Virus record (IMG/VR): IMGVR_UViG_3300043419_002186
Span: 1 to 64,000 of that record
Source: a virus
DNA length: 64,000 nucleotides
Strand: one strand, 5' to 3'
Within the stretch, counting starts at the first letter, position 1, and each line of letters begins with the position of its first letter. Made by a program: the position numbers and the translations under genes. Shown here in pieces: positions 1-10,958 of the stretch. Below the pieces are notes generated by a model. It searched no databases, had not been told where the DNA came from, and saw only the letters and a program-made list of their open reading frames with translations.

Positions 1-318
1 CAGACCGTCGTCGCTGGCGATGTGCTCGGCAATCTGTCCGCGGGCGTGGCCGTCTACTACAACATCAGCTCGGCAGGGGTCGTCACGCTCGGTGCGAACC
101 CGCTGAAGACGCCCTATCAGGACGCCCTCGTCGGCGCCTTCGGGCAGCGGGCCGTCGTCTACAACAGCGGTGCGCACAACATCACCTTCCCGCACAGCGC
201 GACCTTCCGCCTCTCCGGGTCGGCCGACTGCGTGCTGGCGCCGACCGGCGTCCTCTCGATGGCGTACCTGCCGGGTGTCGGCTGGGTCGAAACGAGCCGT
301 ATCGCCGCCACCGGCTAG
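1..318 (+). CDS. C-terminal part of a fibre/spike-like protein (starts before window)
   Basis: Frame is open from base 1; beta-rich C-terminus (LSGSADCVL...WVETSR) resembles phage fibre ends. Confidence 0.6.
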   Translation, partial: QTVVAGDVLGNLSAGVAVYYNISSAGVVTLGANPLKTPYQDALVGAFGQRAVVYNSGAHNITFPHSATFRLSGSADCVLAPTGVLSMAYLPGVGWVETSRIAATG

Positions 319-334
319 TCCTCGGAGCTGAGCC

Positions 335-670
335 ATGGCCGACAACCCGTCCGACAGCATCACAGCCGTCCTCGACCCAGCACTCCGTCGCCCCTTCGCC
401 CTGTTCGTGGCCGTGGTCGCGTCCGTCACTCTTGTCATCGTCGGCCTCTCGAAGGCCGAGGACTTCGTGGACGGGCGCGTCGAGATGAAGCTCACCGCGC
501 AGCGCGAGAAGGCCGAGGAACAGGCCATCAAGCTCCAGCGAATGGAGGAGCAGTTCGCGGCCATGCGAGACACCCTCGCGGAGATTCGCGCCGACGTTCG
601 AGTGCTGCGCTCGCGCGTCGAGCGCGAATCACCAGCAGCGAAGAGTGAATCGATTCGGAGGGACCCTTGA
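335..670 (+). CDS. Single-TM coiled-coil protein (holin-like?)
   Basis: GGAG SD; hydrophobic FALFVAVVASVTLVIVGL followed by a coiled coil. Confidence 0.6.
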   Translation: MADNPSDSITAVLDPALRRPFALFVAVVASVTLVIVGLSKAEDFVDGRVEMKLTAQREKAEEQAIKLQRMEEQFAAMRDTLAEIRADVRVLRSRVERESPAAKSESIRRDP

Positions 671-1083
671 GGAAGAAGCTCGCGTGCCCTGCGGTGCAGT
701 CGAAGTTCCGTCGTCAGGTCAACATGACCTCCGACGAGATTCGGCGTTGGGCTGCGGACCCGCGGGCGAAGTGCGCCTCGTTCAAGGAGACGGTCCAGCG
801 GCTCACGCAGCCTCAGATGTGGAAGGGCAAGATGCGTCCCTCCCTTGCCACGCTGCGGGCAAAGCGCCCTGATGCTTGGACCGAGACCGACTGTGAGTAC
901 GCGGTTCGCGTGAACAGCTTCAACTCCCGCATGCAGGGCATGGTGGACAAGTGGGGGTGCAAACCCCGAGCGTTGCTGTCTTTGAGAAACTGGGGTAGGA
1001 TGCCTCCGAAGTGCAGCATGGAGGTTCTCGATGCCTTGGGAAAAGACTGTCGTCGGCGTAGGCGAAAGGTTCGCAGAGCTTGA
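667..1083 (+). CDS. Basic Cys-containing hypothetical protein
   Basis: TTG start overlaps the upstream stop; Arg/Lys-rich. Confidence 0.6.
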   Translation: MRKKLACPAVQSKFRRQVNMTSDEIRRWAADPRAKCASFKETVQRLTQPQMWKGKMRPSLATLRAKRPDAWTETDCEYAVRVNSFNSRMQGMVDKWGCKPRALLSLRNWGRMPPKCSMEVLDALGKDCRRRRRKVRRA

Positions 1084-1726
1084 AGCGGTGGAAGAGGCCG
1101 CGAAAAAAGGGAAGCACCGCTACATGCGATGCCGTTGTTCCTGCGGGCAGGAAAAGGTCGTGAAGCTCTCTCACCTTCGGGATGGTCGAATCCGAAGCTG
1201 TGGTCATCTTCGCGAGGCTGCAAGAGGCGAAGGACAGCCTGAAGCTGTTCCCGGCGCCACGTGGATTCCCGTCACTGGCAACAACTGGATGCTGGTGGAT
1301 GAGCTGGATGCCCCGTTGTTCGCGGAGCACAAGCTCCAAATGAATGCAGGGTACGCCTACTTTCATGTGCGTGATGGGCGCTGGCAATACCGCGCTGTTC
1401 CCGCGCATCGGCTGATTCTTGGGGTGGCTGACAGGCCAAAATCGGAAGTCGAAGTGGACCATGCCAACGGGAATCGACTCGACAACCGACGGGAGAACTT
1501 GAGGCTCTGCACGCGCGGAGAGAACGCGAAGAACATCCGTGGCCGTGCGCTTTCGGGGTTCAAGGGGGTCACCGTGGTGAAGGGTCAATGGAAGGCCGTC
1601 ATCCAAGCCGACCGGGTGATTCATCGTCTCGGGAGCTTCGACACCGCCGAAGAGGCGGCACAGGCCTACGATGATGCCGCCCAGCGTCTGCATGGCGAGT
1701 TCGCCCGATTGAACTTTCCGGGGTAA
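1031..1726 (+). CDS. HNH-AP2 homing endonuclease
   Basis: [20 protein letters not shown] motif; SGFKGV...[19 protein letters not shown]2 domain; codon usage differs from neighbours. Confidence 0.9.
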   Translation: MPWEKTVVGVGERFAELEAVEEAAKKGKHRYMRCRCSCGQEKVVKLSHLRDGRIRSCGHLREAARGEGQPEAVPGATWIPVTGNNWMLVDELDAPLFAEHKLQMNAGYAYFHVRDGRWQYRAVPAHRLILGVADRPKSEVEVDHANGNRLDNRRENLRLCTRGENAKNIRGRALSGFKGVTVVKGQWKAVIQADRVIHRLGSFDTAEEAAQAYDDAAQRLHGEFARLNFPG

Positions 1727-1769
1727 GCTCGGGCACCGAACTGCCGCCCCAAGAAGAACAGGTAACGAC

Positions 1770-2384
1770 ATGGCCAACTTTGCAAACCTCGCAGAGCTGA
1801 AGTCTGCACAGCAGGCCGTCGCGGACGCCTCTGTCCGCATCGGTCAGCAGATGGTGGACGCGGACGCGGCATACTCGAAGCCTTGGTTTGGTCCCGGCCG
1901 TGACATGTACCTCGCTGCTCAGAACATGAAGCAGACGCTGCAGTCGTGGATGGAAACGGCGCGCGAGTTCGTGACGAAGGGGACCATCAGCGGCAGCACA
2001 GCCACGAAGGAACAGGCCGCGAACCTGCTCAAGAAGGGTGCAAAGTTCGTGAACGATTATGCGGACGCGCTCAAGTCCTCGATGCAGTACGCCCCATCGG
2101 CCATTGCTGGCCGTGCGCTGGGCAACGTCGCGGGACGGCTCTTCGGCATCGGCAACGACATGTTCGACGCTGCCGAATCGATTCTGAAGGCGAGCGCAAA
2201 CACGCTGAAGTGGCTCCCTTGGCTCATCCTCGGCGCCGTTGTCATCCCCTTCGGCATCAAGGTCTACCTCGCGAAGAAGCGCGGTGGCACTGACGCTGCC
2301 CTCGAAGCCGCGGGCAGCGGCATCTCCGCTGGTCGGGAGCGCGCAGTCTCCGCGGCCAAGCGCGTCTTCAGCAGGAGCCGCTGA
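1770..2384 (+). CDS. Putative virion membrane protein
   Basis: TM segment WLPWLILGAVVIPFGI followed by basic residues. Confidence 0.7.
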   Translation: MANFANLAELKSAQQAVADASVRIGQQMVDADAAYSKPWFGPGRDMYLAAQNMKQTLQSWMETAREFVTKGTISGSTATKEQAANLLKKGAKFVNDYADALKSSMQYAPSAIAGRALGNVAGRLFGIGNDMFDAAESILKASANTLKWLPWLILGAVVIPFGIKVYLAKKRGGTDAALEAAGSGISAGRERAVSAAKRVFSRSR

Positions 2385-2875
2385 TGCCCATCATCAACTC
2401 GTCTCTCGGCTTCCTCGGCGTTGGCACCTCGAAAGAGGACGCGACTGCTGCCGCTGGCGCTGCCATCGAGATGTGGACACTGGCCAAGGTCAAGTTCGAC
2501 GGCGTGAAGGTCTACTGCGAGAGTGGCTATGGCGCGTTCCTCGACGCTCAGCTCAAGAAGGCGCAGGACCTGCTCGTCAAGGTGCAGAAGTCCACGAAGG
2601 GCGTCACCTTCTTCGGCCCACTGGCAGAGGATGCGGCCAACAGCCTCGCCATCGCCAAGGCCGTTGTCGAACAGTTCAAGCAGGTGAGCGATGCGGTCCT
2701 CGCGGGCCGCCCCCCGATGCGCGGCTCCGTGAAGGTGCCTGTCATCGGAGGCGAGGGCGCTTTCGTCCTCGGGCCCGGTGCCGCCATCGCGGTCGCGCTC
2801 GTTGGTGGCGCGCTCATCCTCTTCGCCACCTACAAGGGCGCACGCGCTGTGAAGGCGCGCTTCCGTTCCCGGTGA
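2384..2875 (+). CDS. Putative virion membrane protein
   Basis: C-terminal TM plus basic tail; translationally coupled (TGATG). Confidence 0.7.
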   Translation: MPIINSSLGFLGVGTSKEDATAAAGAAIEMWTLAKVKFDGVKVYCESGYGAFLDAQLKKAQDLLVKVQKSTKGVTFFGPLAEDAANSLAIAKAVVEQFKQVSDAVLAGRPPMRGSVKVPVIGGEGAFVLGPGAAIAVALVGGALILFATYKGARAVKARFRSR

Positions 2876-2878
2876 CCG

Positions 2879-3193
2879 ATGGCACTGACCGCACGACAGA
2901 ATCTCCTCGCTCGCACTTACCTCGCCATTGCCGCGAAGCTCGGCGCATGGTCGAAGGACAAGGGCACCGAGGGTGCCCACTACATCGAGGCCTCGCTCAA
3001 CGGAGCGAAGGACAAGGGTGCTGTCTGCCAGAACTGCGTCTTCTGGAAGGCTCCCAACAAGTGCGCCATCGTCCGCGGGTCCATTGAGCCGCTGGGCATC
3101 TGCAAGCTCAACGTCATCGACCCTGACCGCATGCGGGGCCCTGTGCAGGTGACGCTGCGGGGCCACGGCCGCGTCTCGGGCTCCATCGGGTAG
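2879..3193 (+). CDS. HiPIP-like four-Cys protein
   Basis: CQNCVFW...KCAIVRGSIEPLGIC pattern resembles high-potential Fe-S-like domains. Confidence 0.55.
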   Translation: MALTARQNLLARTYLAIAAKLGAWSKDKGTEGAHYIEASLNGAKDKGAVCQNCVFWKAPNKCAIVRGSIEPLGICKLNVIDPDRMRGPVQVTLRGHGRVSGSIG

Positions 3194-3245
3194 TCGGGTC
3201 CGCTTCCCCGGTGTAAGCTGCTGCCGAATCGATTCGGGAGAGCGC

Positions 3246-3572
3246 ATGCCCAAGAAGAAGCTGAAGGCCCTCAAGAAGCCTGTGGGAAAGCTGGGAAAGA
3301 CGAAGGCCGTGGCCTTCGGCTTCGGTCCCGAAGAGCACAAGAAGCGCGAGTCGTCCTTCATCAACGACGCTCGCCGCTTCCTTCGTGACGTAGAAGACGA
3401 AGCGGACGCGGGCAACTGCGCCACCGCGTTCTCACGCCTCATTGACGGCGTCAGCTACGCTGGCATGGCAGAGGCCGAGGCGCAGTCCGCGGGCGCGGAC
3501 GCGGCTCCCATCGCCTCTCTCGCTGCCTCTGCCGTGAAGTACTTCCGCAAGACGTGCAAGGTGGGCGGCTGA
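3246..3572 (+). CDS. Hypothetical protein with basic N-terminus
   Basis: GGGAG SD; genome-typical codon usage. Confidence 0.7.
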   Translation: MPKKKLKALKKPVGKLGKTKAVAFGFGPEEHKKRESSFINDARRFLRDVEDEADAGNCATAFSRLIDGVSYAGMAEAEAQSAGADAAPIASLAASAVKYFRKTCKVGG

Positions 3573-4024
3573 TGCAGGTCATCCACACACGCTCCCGCAC
3601 CACGCTGGGCGGGCTGGGAGGCGTCGTCGAGGACTTCCTCGCCACGCCGCTCGGGCAGCAGGTGAAGGCCAAGGTCCTCGCGGAAGCGCAGGGCTACGTC
3701 ACCGACAACATCAAGAGCGTCCAGTTCCTCACGACCTTCAGCAAGCCCATCGTCTACACGGGCGCGGACATCGTGAAGGTCGTCGCTGGCGCTGGGAAGC
3801 CCTCTCCCTCGGGCGGTGACAAGGGGCTCGTCAGCAAGCTCAAGCCCACGGTCATCATCGACCTGAAGAGCGGTCGCCGCGTTATCGCGCCCTATGGCGA
3901 GGCGAACCCGAAGGACTACAACCGCAACGTCCTGCTGGTCGTTGGCGGCGTCCTTGGCGTCCTTGGCCTCTACGCGGCTGGCTCCTACTACCTCGGCTAC
4001 AAGAAGGGTCAGCGTTCTCGGTAG
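3572..4024 (+). CDS. Putative virion membrane protein
   Basis: TGATG coupling; N-terminal LGGLG; C-terminal TM. Confidence 0.7.
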   Translation: MQVIHTRSRTTLGGLGGVVEDFLATPLGQQVKAKVLAEAQGYVTDNIKSVQFLTTFSKPIVYTGADIVKVVAGAGKPSPSGGDKGLVSKLKPTVIIDLKSGRRVIAPYGEANPKDYNRNVLLVVGGVLGVLGLYAAGSYYLGYKKGQRSR

Positions 4025-4090
4025 CTGGTCGCCTCACATCCACCGTGTTACGCTTCCCCCCGCGAATCGATTCACCCCGGAGCTTCCTCG

Positions 4091-4861
4091 ATGGCCGTCA
4101 CAGCGACACAGATTGACGGCAACAACGTCGCTCTCGCCTTCAATGGCAGTGCTTCCGCGAGCGTGTTCACGATGAACACGTCCACGGGTGCTGTGACGTC
4201 GGGCCTCCTGCCTGCCGAGTGGTGCCGAATCCTCTCCGCGAACGCGGCGAAGCTCATTGCGGTCACCACACTCGCGCAGCGGCAGACGGTGCAGTTCCTC
4301 GACCGTCTCATCTCGCTCGGGTCGCTCGACGGCACGACCATCACCACCACCGCTTCGTCGGGCTCGGGCACTGCCTCTCTCGTCGTCACGGTGAACGCGA
4401 ACACGACGGTCCTCGTTCAGCTTCCCCACTCCATCTTCGGCGCTGCGTCGCTCGGGCAGTCGGTTCCTGCGACGAGTGGCGGTGGCGGAAGCGGTGTCGT
4501 CCCCGGTGACCTCGGCCTCGTTCGCTTCACGGGCACCGTGGACGGTGCCGTGGGCCTCGGGAACCTCGTCGCCCTGAACACCTCGGGCATCCTCGTTCGT
4601 GCGGACAAGGCGAACGTCGCGTCGTTCCCCTGCATCGGTGCCTACGAGCTGGACTCGGCGCTCGCTCCCTGCGTGCGAACCGCAGGCGAGGTCGCTGTCA
4701 CTGGGGGGCCCTTCACCGTCGGCTCGACGCTCTACGTTGGCACCGCGGGCGCTGCGACTGCCACGGTCCCGAACACGTCGGGACAGATGCGTCAGCTCGT
4801 CGGCGTCACCTCGGCCAGTGGCAAGCTCTTCATCGCCATCGGCCTGATGGAGGTGATCTGA
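4091..4861 (+). CDS. Putative vertex/spike-base structural protein
   Basis: N-domain is paralogous to 11348 (DxNN...LPHS); C-domain is paralogous to 5276 and resembles capsid cement/fibre domains. Confidence 0.6.
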   Translation: MAVTATQIDGNNVALAFNGSASASVFTMNTSTGAVTSGLLPAEWCRILSANAAKLIAVTTLAQRQTVQFLDRLISLGSLDGTTITTTASSGSGTASLVVTVNANTTVLVQLPHSIFGAASLGQSVPATSGGGGSGVVPGDLGLVRFTGTVDGAVGLGNLVALNTSGILVRADKANVASFPCIGAYELDSALAPCVRTAGEVAVTGGPFTVGSTLYVGTAGAATATVPNTSGQMRQLVGVTSASGKLFIAIGLMEVI

Positions 4862-5271
4862 TGGGCAAGCTCCCGAAGCTGAAGCATCCGCCACTCCCGC
4901 CTCCTCCGCGCCTTCGCGTGGCAGCTCCTCCTGTCGTTGCGCCTCCCGCGAAAGAGACTCTGCGCGTCAGCGCAGAGGACCTGTGGGCCCTTGAAAAGGC
5001 GATGCTCATTGCCGAGAAGGCTGAGGTCGAGAAGAGCTACGCGCTCGCGAAGCGTGCTCTTCTTCTCGTTCAGCTCGACATCGGCGGCAAAATCACCGCT
5101 GCCGAGCGAGAAGCTGCCGCTGCAGAGAAGCTCATCGCGAAGCAGCGTGAAGAGTACCAATCCCGCATCGAATCGATTCGGGTCAAGCTGGGGATCACAG
5201 GGGCGTTCGAGTTCGACTCCGAGTCCGGGGTCATAACCGCCGGAACCACCCCGGCACCGCAGAAGGAGTAG
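4861..5271 (+). CDS. Coiled-coil hypothetical protein
   Basis: TGATG coupling; Pro-rich N-terminus then helical. Confidence 0.7.
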   Translation: MGKLPKLKHPPLPPPPRLRVAAPPVVAPPAKETLRVSAEDLWALEKAMLIAEKAEVEKSYALAKRALLLVQLDIGGKITAAEREAAAAEKLIAKQREEYQSRIESIRVKLGITGAFEFDSESGVITAGTTPAPQKE

Positions 5272-5275
5272 TACC

Positions 5276-5908
5276 ATGGCAGTCTTGAAGTCGGAGTTCT
5301 CGCTCGGAAACGGTCGTCTGAAGGGGGTCTCGGCCCTCCAGTACGACGACGCTGGCAGCGGCAAGCTCTCCGCGTCCGTCCTCCTCTCCCTCGGCTCGGC
5401 GGGCTTCTCGCTCGACAGCCAGACGCTGACCAACGTCGCCATCGGCGGCGCTGGCTACCTGTCGAACACCATCCTGCCCACCAAGGGCTACGTGGACGAG
5501 GCCGTCGCCTCGGTCACCCCGGGCATCCCGGGCGACGCCACCTTCATCGACTTCACCGTGGCCGACTCGTCGGGCTACGTCGTGGGCAACGTGGTCGCCA
5601 TCGCCACCTCGGGCGACCCGGTTGCCGCCGACAGCTCCAGCGAAGTGAACAGCAACGCCGTGGGCGTCGTCATCTCGAAGCCGAGCGCGACCGTCGTGCG
5701 CGTGCAGGTGGACGGTCAGGTCGTCCTCTCGACCTCGCTCGCCGCCTTCACCAACGGCGACATCGTCTGGGTCGCCTCGACCGCGGGCGCCGTGACCACC
5801 TACGCCTCCATCCCGTCGGGCGAGTACGCTGTGCAGGCCGGTATCGTCTCGGACGCCGCGGCGAACAAGATCGTCCTCCAGCCGCGCATCTTCGGCCAGA
5901 CGGCCTAG
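5276..5908 (+). CDS. Putative capsid decoration/fibre protein
   Basis: AGGAG SD; PTKGYVD motif; C-domain like that of 4091. Confidence 0.65.
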   Translation: MAVLKSEFSLGNGRLKGVSALQYDDAGSGKLSASVLLSLGSAGFSLDSQTLTNVAIGGAGYLSNTILPTKGYVDEAVASVTPGIPGDATFIDFTVADSSGYVVGNVVAIATSGDPVAADSSSEVNSNAVGVVISKPSATVVRVQVDGQVVLSTSLAAFTNGDIVWVASTAGAVTTYASIPSGEYAVQAGIVSDAAANKIVLQPRIFGQTA

Positions 5909-6009
5909 TTCGACGGGCCCACTGGGCCTGCGTTCGGCAACATCGCAGGGGCCGTCGTCTTGTCGGCGGCGGCCCCTTCGCTTTCAGATTCTTCGTGAGG
6001 TAGCGCGTC

Positions 6010-7896
6010 ATGGCCAAGCCCCTTCTGACTGGCGGAAACGGAAAGGCGAACGAGTTCGTCGGTACGGCGAACGGGCAGGTCGCGACGTGGAGCACTGCCG
6101 ATGGAGGCGAGTGGTTCCCCGGCTCCAGCGGCGGCTCGGGCGGCGGCGGCGCCATCTTCTACTTGAACAGCGCCACAGCGGCTGCGTCTCCGACGGGCAA
6201 CGTCCCCGGCGGCTCGGGAGGCGCGACGGCTTACTTCGCCCCCGCGCAGACCTCCGAGACGTTCACGGCGACGGCCCAGACGCGCCTCGCGCCTCCGACG
6301 GGCGAGCTTCCCTCCGACGGCTCTTGGGCCATCGTGCAGGGCTTCCTGAGCACCGACGCGCTCGGCCTGACCTCCATCCCTGCGGGTCTGTGGGACTTCA
6401 ACCTGTGGGCGAAGGCCTCGACGGGCGCAGGCGCGACGCAGACCCAGCTCCGCATCAAGGTCGGCGTCTACGACGGAACGAACGCTCCGACGATTCTCGC
6501 CACCTCCGGCGATGTCTACATCTACGACCCCACGGTCGCCGCGCAGTACGCCATCAGCGTCGTCATCGGGTCGAACACCATCAGTGCGACCGACCGTCTC
6601 TACATTGAGATTGACGCTCGCGCGTCGGCCAACAACCGCACCGCGACGTTCTACTTTGGCGGTGCAAATCCTTCGCACGTTCACACGACCATCATCGTCC
6701 CTGTGAACCTCGCGAGCGACGAGGTCACGGGCATCCTGCCGACCACGAAGGGCGGCTCGGGCGTGGGCACGGGCTCTTTGCCCGCCATCAACACCGTCTT
6801 CGCGGGCGCGGCCTCGGGCAGTGCGGACCTTCCGACCTTCCGCGCCCTCGTCGCTGGTGACATCCCAAGCCTGACGACCCTCTACCTGCCGAAGGCAGGC
6901 GGGACGATGGACGCCGGAAGCAAGCTCACCGTCGCTTCTTCGACGGCGACGAAGGCGGGCTTCTCGCTCAACCCCACCCTCGGGCTCGCTCCGTCTTCGC
7001 CGCAGGCAGGCGATATCTGGACGGTCAGCACGGGCGCTGTGTTCATCTCGACGGCGGGCGTGTCACAGCAGTTCATCACGTCCCAGCCTGTCACCAACAT
7101 CACTATTCAGCCCACCGCCTCGACAACGGCTCGTAGCTTCGCCATCAACGGCGGCGCGGCAAGCGGTACAGGCGCTCAGGGCGGCGCCGTCACCATCTCG
7201 GCGGGCACGGGTGGCCCCACCAGCGGAATCGGCGGAACCCTGCTGCTGACGGCGGGTGCTGGCACCGGCTCGGGCGCGAACGGCGCGCTCAACATCGGTA
7301 CGTCGAACACTGGCTCCATCTCGGTGGGTGCTGCGACCGTCGTCACGACGTTCAACGGCCGTGTCGTCACCCCTTCGCTCACGACCTCGGCCGCGGGCTT
7401 CAACATCACCCCGACTTCGGCCACGCCGACGACCCTGTCGAACGGCGACATGTGGACGACCGCGGCGAACCTGTTCGTCCGCATCAACGGTGCGACGCAG
7501 ACGCTCGCTTCCATCGATGCCGTCAATACGGCGGTCGCGGCCTCCAGCGGCGCGCCCTACGACGTTCCGTTCCAGTTCTCGGGCGCCCCGGACGTGTCTT
7601 CGACGGTCCTCTACTTCAAGGCTTCCCGCGCTTGGAACCTCGCTGCCACGGGTCACGTCGGCGGCGCTGCCACGGCTCCGACGGGCACCGCCGTGTCCTT
7701 CACCGTCTACAAGGGCGTCTTCGGTGTCGGAACGCCGACCTCACTCGGCACCATCACCTTCAACACCGACGGTTCGTTCAGCAGCAGCATCACGGCGACT
7801 TCCTTCGCCGTGAACGAGATTCTGAGCATCTACACGGCGGCAGCCAACAACGGACTCGTCACGCCGTTCGCGACCCTTCTCGGCACCATCGGCTAG
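6010..7896 (+). CDS. Fibre/receptor-binding protein 1
   Basis: 628 aa, Gly/Thr/Ser-rich; fibre motifs (VTGILPTTKGGSG, PTFRALVAGDIP, YLPKAGGTM). Confidence 0.75.
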   Translation: MAKPLLTGGNGKANEFVGTANGQVATWSTADGGEWFPGSSGGSGGGGAIFYLNSATAAASPTGNVPGGSGGATAYFAPAQTSETFTATAQTRLAPPTGELPSDGSWAIVQGFLSTDALGLTSIPAGLWDFNLWAKASTGAGATQTQLRIKVGVYDGTNAPTILATSGDVYIYDPTVAAQYAISVVIGSNTISATDRLYIEIDARASANNRTATFYFGGANPSHVHTTIIVPVNLASDEVTGILPTTKGGSGVGTGSLPAINTVFAGAASGSADLPTFRALVAGDIPSLTTLYLPKAGGTMDAGSKLTVASSTATKAGFSLNPTLGLAPSSPQAGDIWTVSTGAVFISTAGVSQQFITSQPVTNITIQPTASTTARSFAINGGAASGTGAQGGAVTISAGTGGPTSGIGGTLLLTAGAGTGSGANGALNIGTSNTGSISVGAATVVTTFNGRVVTPSLTTSAAGFNITPTSATPTTLSNGDMWTTAANLFVRINGATQTLASIDAVNTAVAASSGAPYDVPFQFSGAPDVSSTVLYFKASRAWNLAATGHVGGAATAPTGTAVSFTVYKGVFGVGTPTSLGTITFNTDGSFSSSITATSFAVNEILSIYTAAANNGLVTPFATLLGTIG

Positions 7897-7917
7897 TCGA
7901 ATCGATTCGGAGGGCGA

Positions 7918-8184
7918 ATGGGCCTCACATGGGTACGTCGGATCGTCACGACACAGGCTGTCATCACGACACGGCAGTCGAGCTATGACGTGCTTGTCTT
8001 CGCGAGCCCGACGAACTGGACGCTGAACTCGTCGGCTTTCAGTTCGGCGGGCACGTACTCGCTCGCGACGTACAACTCGCTCACGGGCTTCTCGAATCTT
8101 TCGGTGACGCCGCCCGCAGGTTTCACGGCGTCGCAGCTCACGAACGACACCGTCAACAAGCGCATCACCGTCAGACTGTCCTAG
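7918..8184 (+). CDS. Small beta protein, paralog of 13469
   Basis: GGAGGG SD; shared pattern MxxxxVxR...LNxSxFxxxGTxxLxxYxSLxG. Confidence 0.6.
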   Translation: MGLTWVRRIVTTQAVITTRQSSYDVLVFASPTNWTLNSSAFSSAGTYSLATYNSLTGFSNLSVTPPAGFTASQLTNDTVNKRITVRLS

Positions 8185-8195
8185 TGGAGTGACCG

Positions 8196-10958
8196 ATGGC
8201 GCTAAGCAACTTCGTCAAGGCAGACAACACCACCGCGCTCAACCTCGTTGGGTCGTGGGTGGGTGGTTCTGTTCCCAATGCCGTCACGGCGCGTGTGCAA
8301 GCCAACTCGACGATGACCGCGTCGCGCTCGGCTGTGCTCGGCGCATCCCTCACGTTCGGGCAGATTGAGGTCAGCAACCCCGTTGGTCTTCTCACCATCG
8401 CGAACACGGCGAGCGCCGTTCTCACGCTCACGCCGACAGACCCTGATGCCGCTGGGCGCGGCATCAACATCCTCGACACGGCGACGCAGGGCCTCACCAT
8501 CTCGAACGCGCTCGTCACGCTGGGCGCGGACCAGACGTGGTACGCGGGCAACGCGAAGCAACTGACGGTGAGCGGCGTCATCTCGGGCGCCTTCAACCTG
8601 ACGAAGAGCGGCAACGGCTTCCTCTCCATGAACGGTACGAACACGTTCGGTGGCTCGGGAAAGACGTTCACGCTGGCGAACGGGGCCATGGCCCCGACGA
8701 ACAATGCTGCGCTCGGAAGCGCGCTCAACCTCGTTGATATTCAGGCGGGGTCGTACATCGACCTCACGACTTTCACGCCGCAGCAGACGCAGTTCAAGGC
8801 GTCGGGCTTCGGAACGTGGTTCGACGCGGCATCGCCCTATCAGCGGTACACGGCCGTGGCCTTTGGCACGTTCGCCTCCACGAAGACGATGACGGTGTAC
8901 GGCTCGGCTGTCGCCCTTTCGATGTACGTTGTGACCATTGCTGGCAAGATTACGGGCAGCGTCACGAACACCATCGAGTTCAGCGCGTCCGTCTCTCCCG
9001 CCGCCTTCAACAACACGACGAACGACTTCTACGCCCCCGGCGGCGTGCAGATTTCCTCCTTCGCCATCTCATCTCTGAACGTCCTGAACTTCGGCTACAA
9101 CGTCGGCGCGACGGACGCTGCCGCAGGTGGTGCGAACGAGCCCGCTCCGTTCGGTGACATCCGAAACACCGTCCGCGTGCTCCCTTCGGGACGCCTCTAT
9201 GCCGCTCCCGGGGCCAGCACCACGCGCACGGTGGCCCGCACCATCAGCTTCGACGGTGACCCTGCGAACACGGCGATTCAGAACGCGTCCGCATCAACGA
9301 CGAGCACCCTTGCCTTCTCGGGACCCCTGACGTTCTCGAACACCGCGGGCGCCGTCGAAGTGCTGACCGGCGGCAGCCTCATCAGCTTCCGAAAGAGCAT
9401 CACGGGCGCGGGCGGTATGCGTGTCAGCGGCGGCGGAACCCGCGTCGAGTTTGACAGCACGGAGGCAGGTGCGTTTTCAAGCTGGAGCGGGACGATTACC
9501 GCGCCCAACGACTGCACGATTCAGTACGGCAACGGCTACGCCACGCTGACCAACCCACTGGTCACGACGGGCGCAGGCAACATCGAAACGATTCTGAACA
9601 ACAAGCTCGCGCAGGACATTACGCTTGCACATTCGTCCTATTCGTTCGGGGACGACATGCTGTTCAGCGGCACGAACAGCGGCTACATCATCGACCTTGG
9701 AACAGCGCCGGTAACGGGAAGCGCGGGCACCGTCTACAGCGCAGCCACGGGCACCACTGTCAAGATGCCCGGTGACATCACGGGCCAGCTCATCTTCGGC
9801 AAGGGCAGCAACGGCGGCACCATCATTGTGAGCGGAACGAACACGCGCTCAGGAGGCGTGGGGTCCACCATTGGCTGGTCCTCTGGAAGCCTGCATCTCA
9901 ACAGCGCGTCTGCGCTTGGAAACGGCGGCACTGCTGCCGATGCCATCGTCTTTTCCGGCACGACGCTCGGCACCCTCGACAACACGTCGGGAAGTGCCGT
10001 CACGCTGCTGAACAGCGGCGTCAAGCAGCTCGACGGCAACTTCACGTGGGGCGGCACGAACAACCTGAATCTCGGTGGCAACAACGTCACACGAAACGCG
10101 GCGCGCACCATCACGTTTGGGACCGGCGGCGGAACGGGAACGCTGACGTTCCCAAGCCCCATGACCACGACGACGGGCACCTTCACGCTCAACATTGGCG
10201 GAAGCACGACAGGGGCGAAGCAGCGAGTCGTCCTCATCGGCGCCAGCTCCTTTGCACCCACGTCGGGGGGCATCTCCAGCGTCACCGCGGGCTACTTCCA
10301 GATTCAGAACAGCGATGGCCTCGGCGCTGCTGCGAACACGGTCAACTGGTACGTCGGAATGACCACGGGCGGCGTCGCCACGACGGGCGCTGCACTTGAG
10401 CTGAGGGGAAACATCAGCGTCCCCAACACGAAGAACGCCTACTTGCGCGGCACGGGGCCCAACACTGACGGCGCCTTCCGTTCGGTGAGCGGTAACACTG
10501 CGTGGGCGGGCGGTCTCATTCCGCACATCGCCACGCTGACGCGGTTCCAAGTGGACGCGGGAACGCTCACGCTTACCTCGTCGCTCTACCCCAACATCTC
10601 TCCCACGAACGCGAGCACACCCCTCGCCTTCACGGCGCTTTCGGGTGCGACTCTCGACACGGGAGGCCGCGTCCTCACCTCGAACGTCAGCACCGTCAAC
10701 ATCAACAACGGTGGTTCGGGCACGGTCATCTTCCGCGCTGCCAACTCCCACGTGGGCGCGAACACCATTGAGGGCGGGACCCTTCAGATTACGAACGCCG
10801 CCGCCTTGGGCTCTGCCTCTGGCAACTCGACCACCATCCTCCCCACCGCCACGTTGCAGATTGCGGTCCCGTCCACGTACAGTGCCACGTTCAAGGGGAC
10901 GACCACCTTCGGTCAAACGGGCAGCACCACGGCTGCCAACCTCATCATCGGCACCTAG
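8196..10958 (+). CDS. Beta-helix adhesin-like protein (autotransporter-associated beta-strand repeats)
   Basis: 920 aa; LTKSGNGFLSMNGTNTF and GSGTVIFRAANSHVGANTIEGGTL repeats; no beta-barrel or signal peptide. Confidence 0.8.
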   Translation: MALSNFVKADNTTALNLVGSWVGGSVPNAVTARVQANSTMTASRSAVLGASLTFGQIEVSNPVGLLTIANTASAVLTLTPTDPDAAGRGINILDTATQGLTISNALVTLGADQTWYAGNAKQLTVSGVISGAFNLTKSGNGFLSMNGTNTFGGSGKTFTLANGAMAPTNNAALGSALNLVDIQAGSYIDLTTFTPQQTQFKASGFGTWFDAASPYQRYTAVAFGTFASTKTMTVYGSAVALSMYVVTIAGKITGSVTNTIEFSASVSPAAFNNTTNDFYAPGGVQISSFAISSLNVLNFGYNVGATDAAAGGANEPAPFGDIRNTVRVLPSGRLYAAPGASTTRTVARTISFDGDPANTAIQNASASTTSTLAFSGPLTFSNTAGAVEVLTGGSLISFRKSITGAGGMRVSGGGTRVEFDSTEAGAFSSWSGTITAPNDCTIQYGNGYATLTNPLVTTGAGNIETILNNKLAQDITLAHSSYSFGDDMLFSGTNSGYIIDLGTAPVTGSAGTVYSAATGTTVKMPGDITGQLIFGKGSNGGTIIVSGTNTRSGGVGSTIGWSSGSLHLNSASALGNGGTAADAIVFSGTTLGTLDNTSGSAVTLLNSGVKQLDGNFTWGGTNNLNLGGNNVTRNAARTITFGTGGGTGTLTFPSPMTTTTGTFTLNIGGSTTGAKQRVVLIGASSFAPTSGGISSVTAGYFQIQNSDGLGAAANTVNWYVGMTTGGVATTGAALELRGNISVPNTKNAYLRGTGPNTDGAFRSVSGNTAWAGGLIPHIATLTRFQVDAGTLTLTSSLYPNISPTNASTPLAFTALSGATLDTGGRVLTSNVSTVNINNGGSGTVIFRAANSHVGANTIEGGTLQITNAAALGSASGNSTTILPTATLQIAVPSTYSATFKGTTTFGQTGSTTAANLIIGT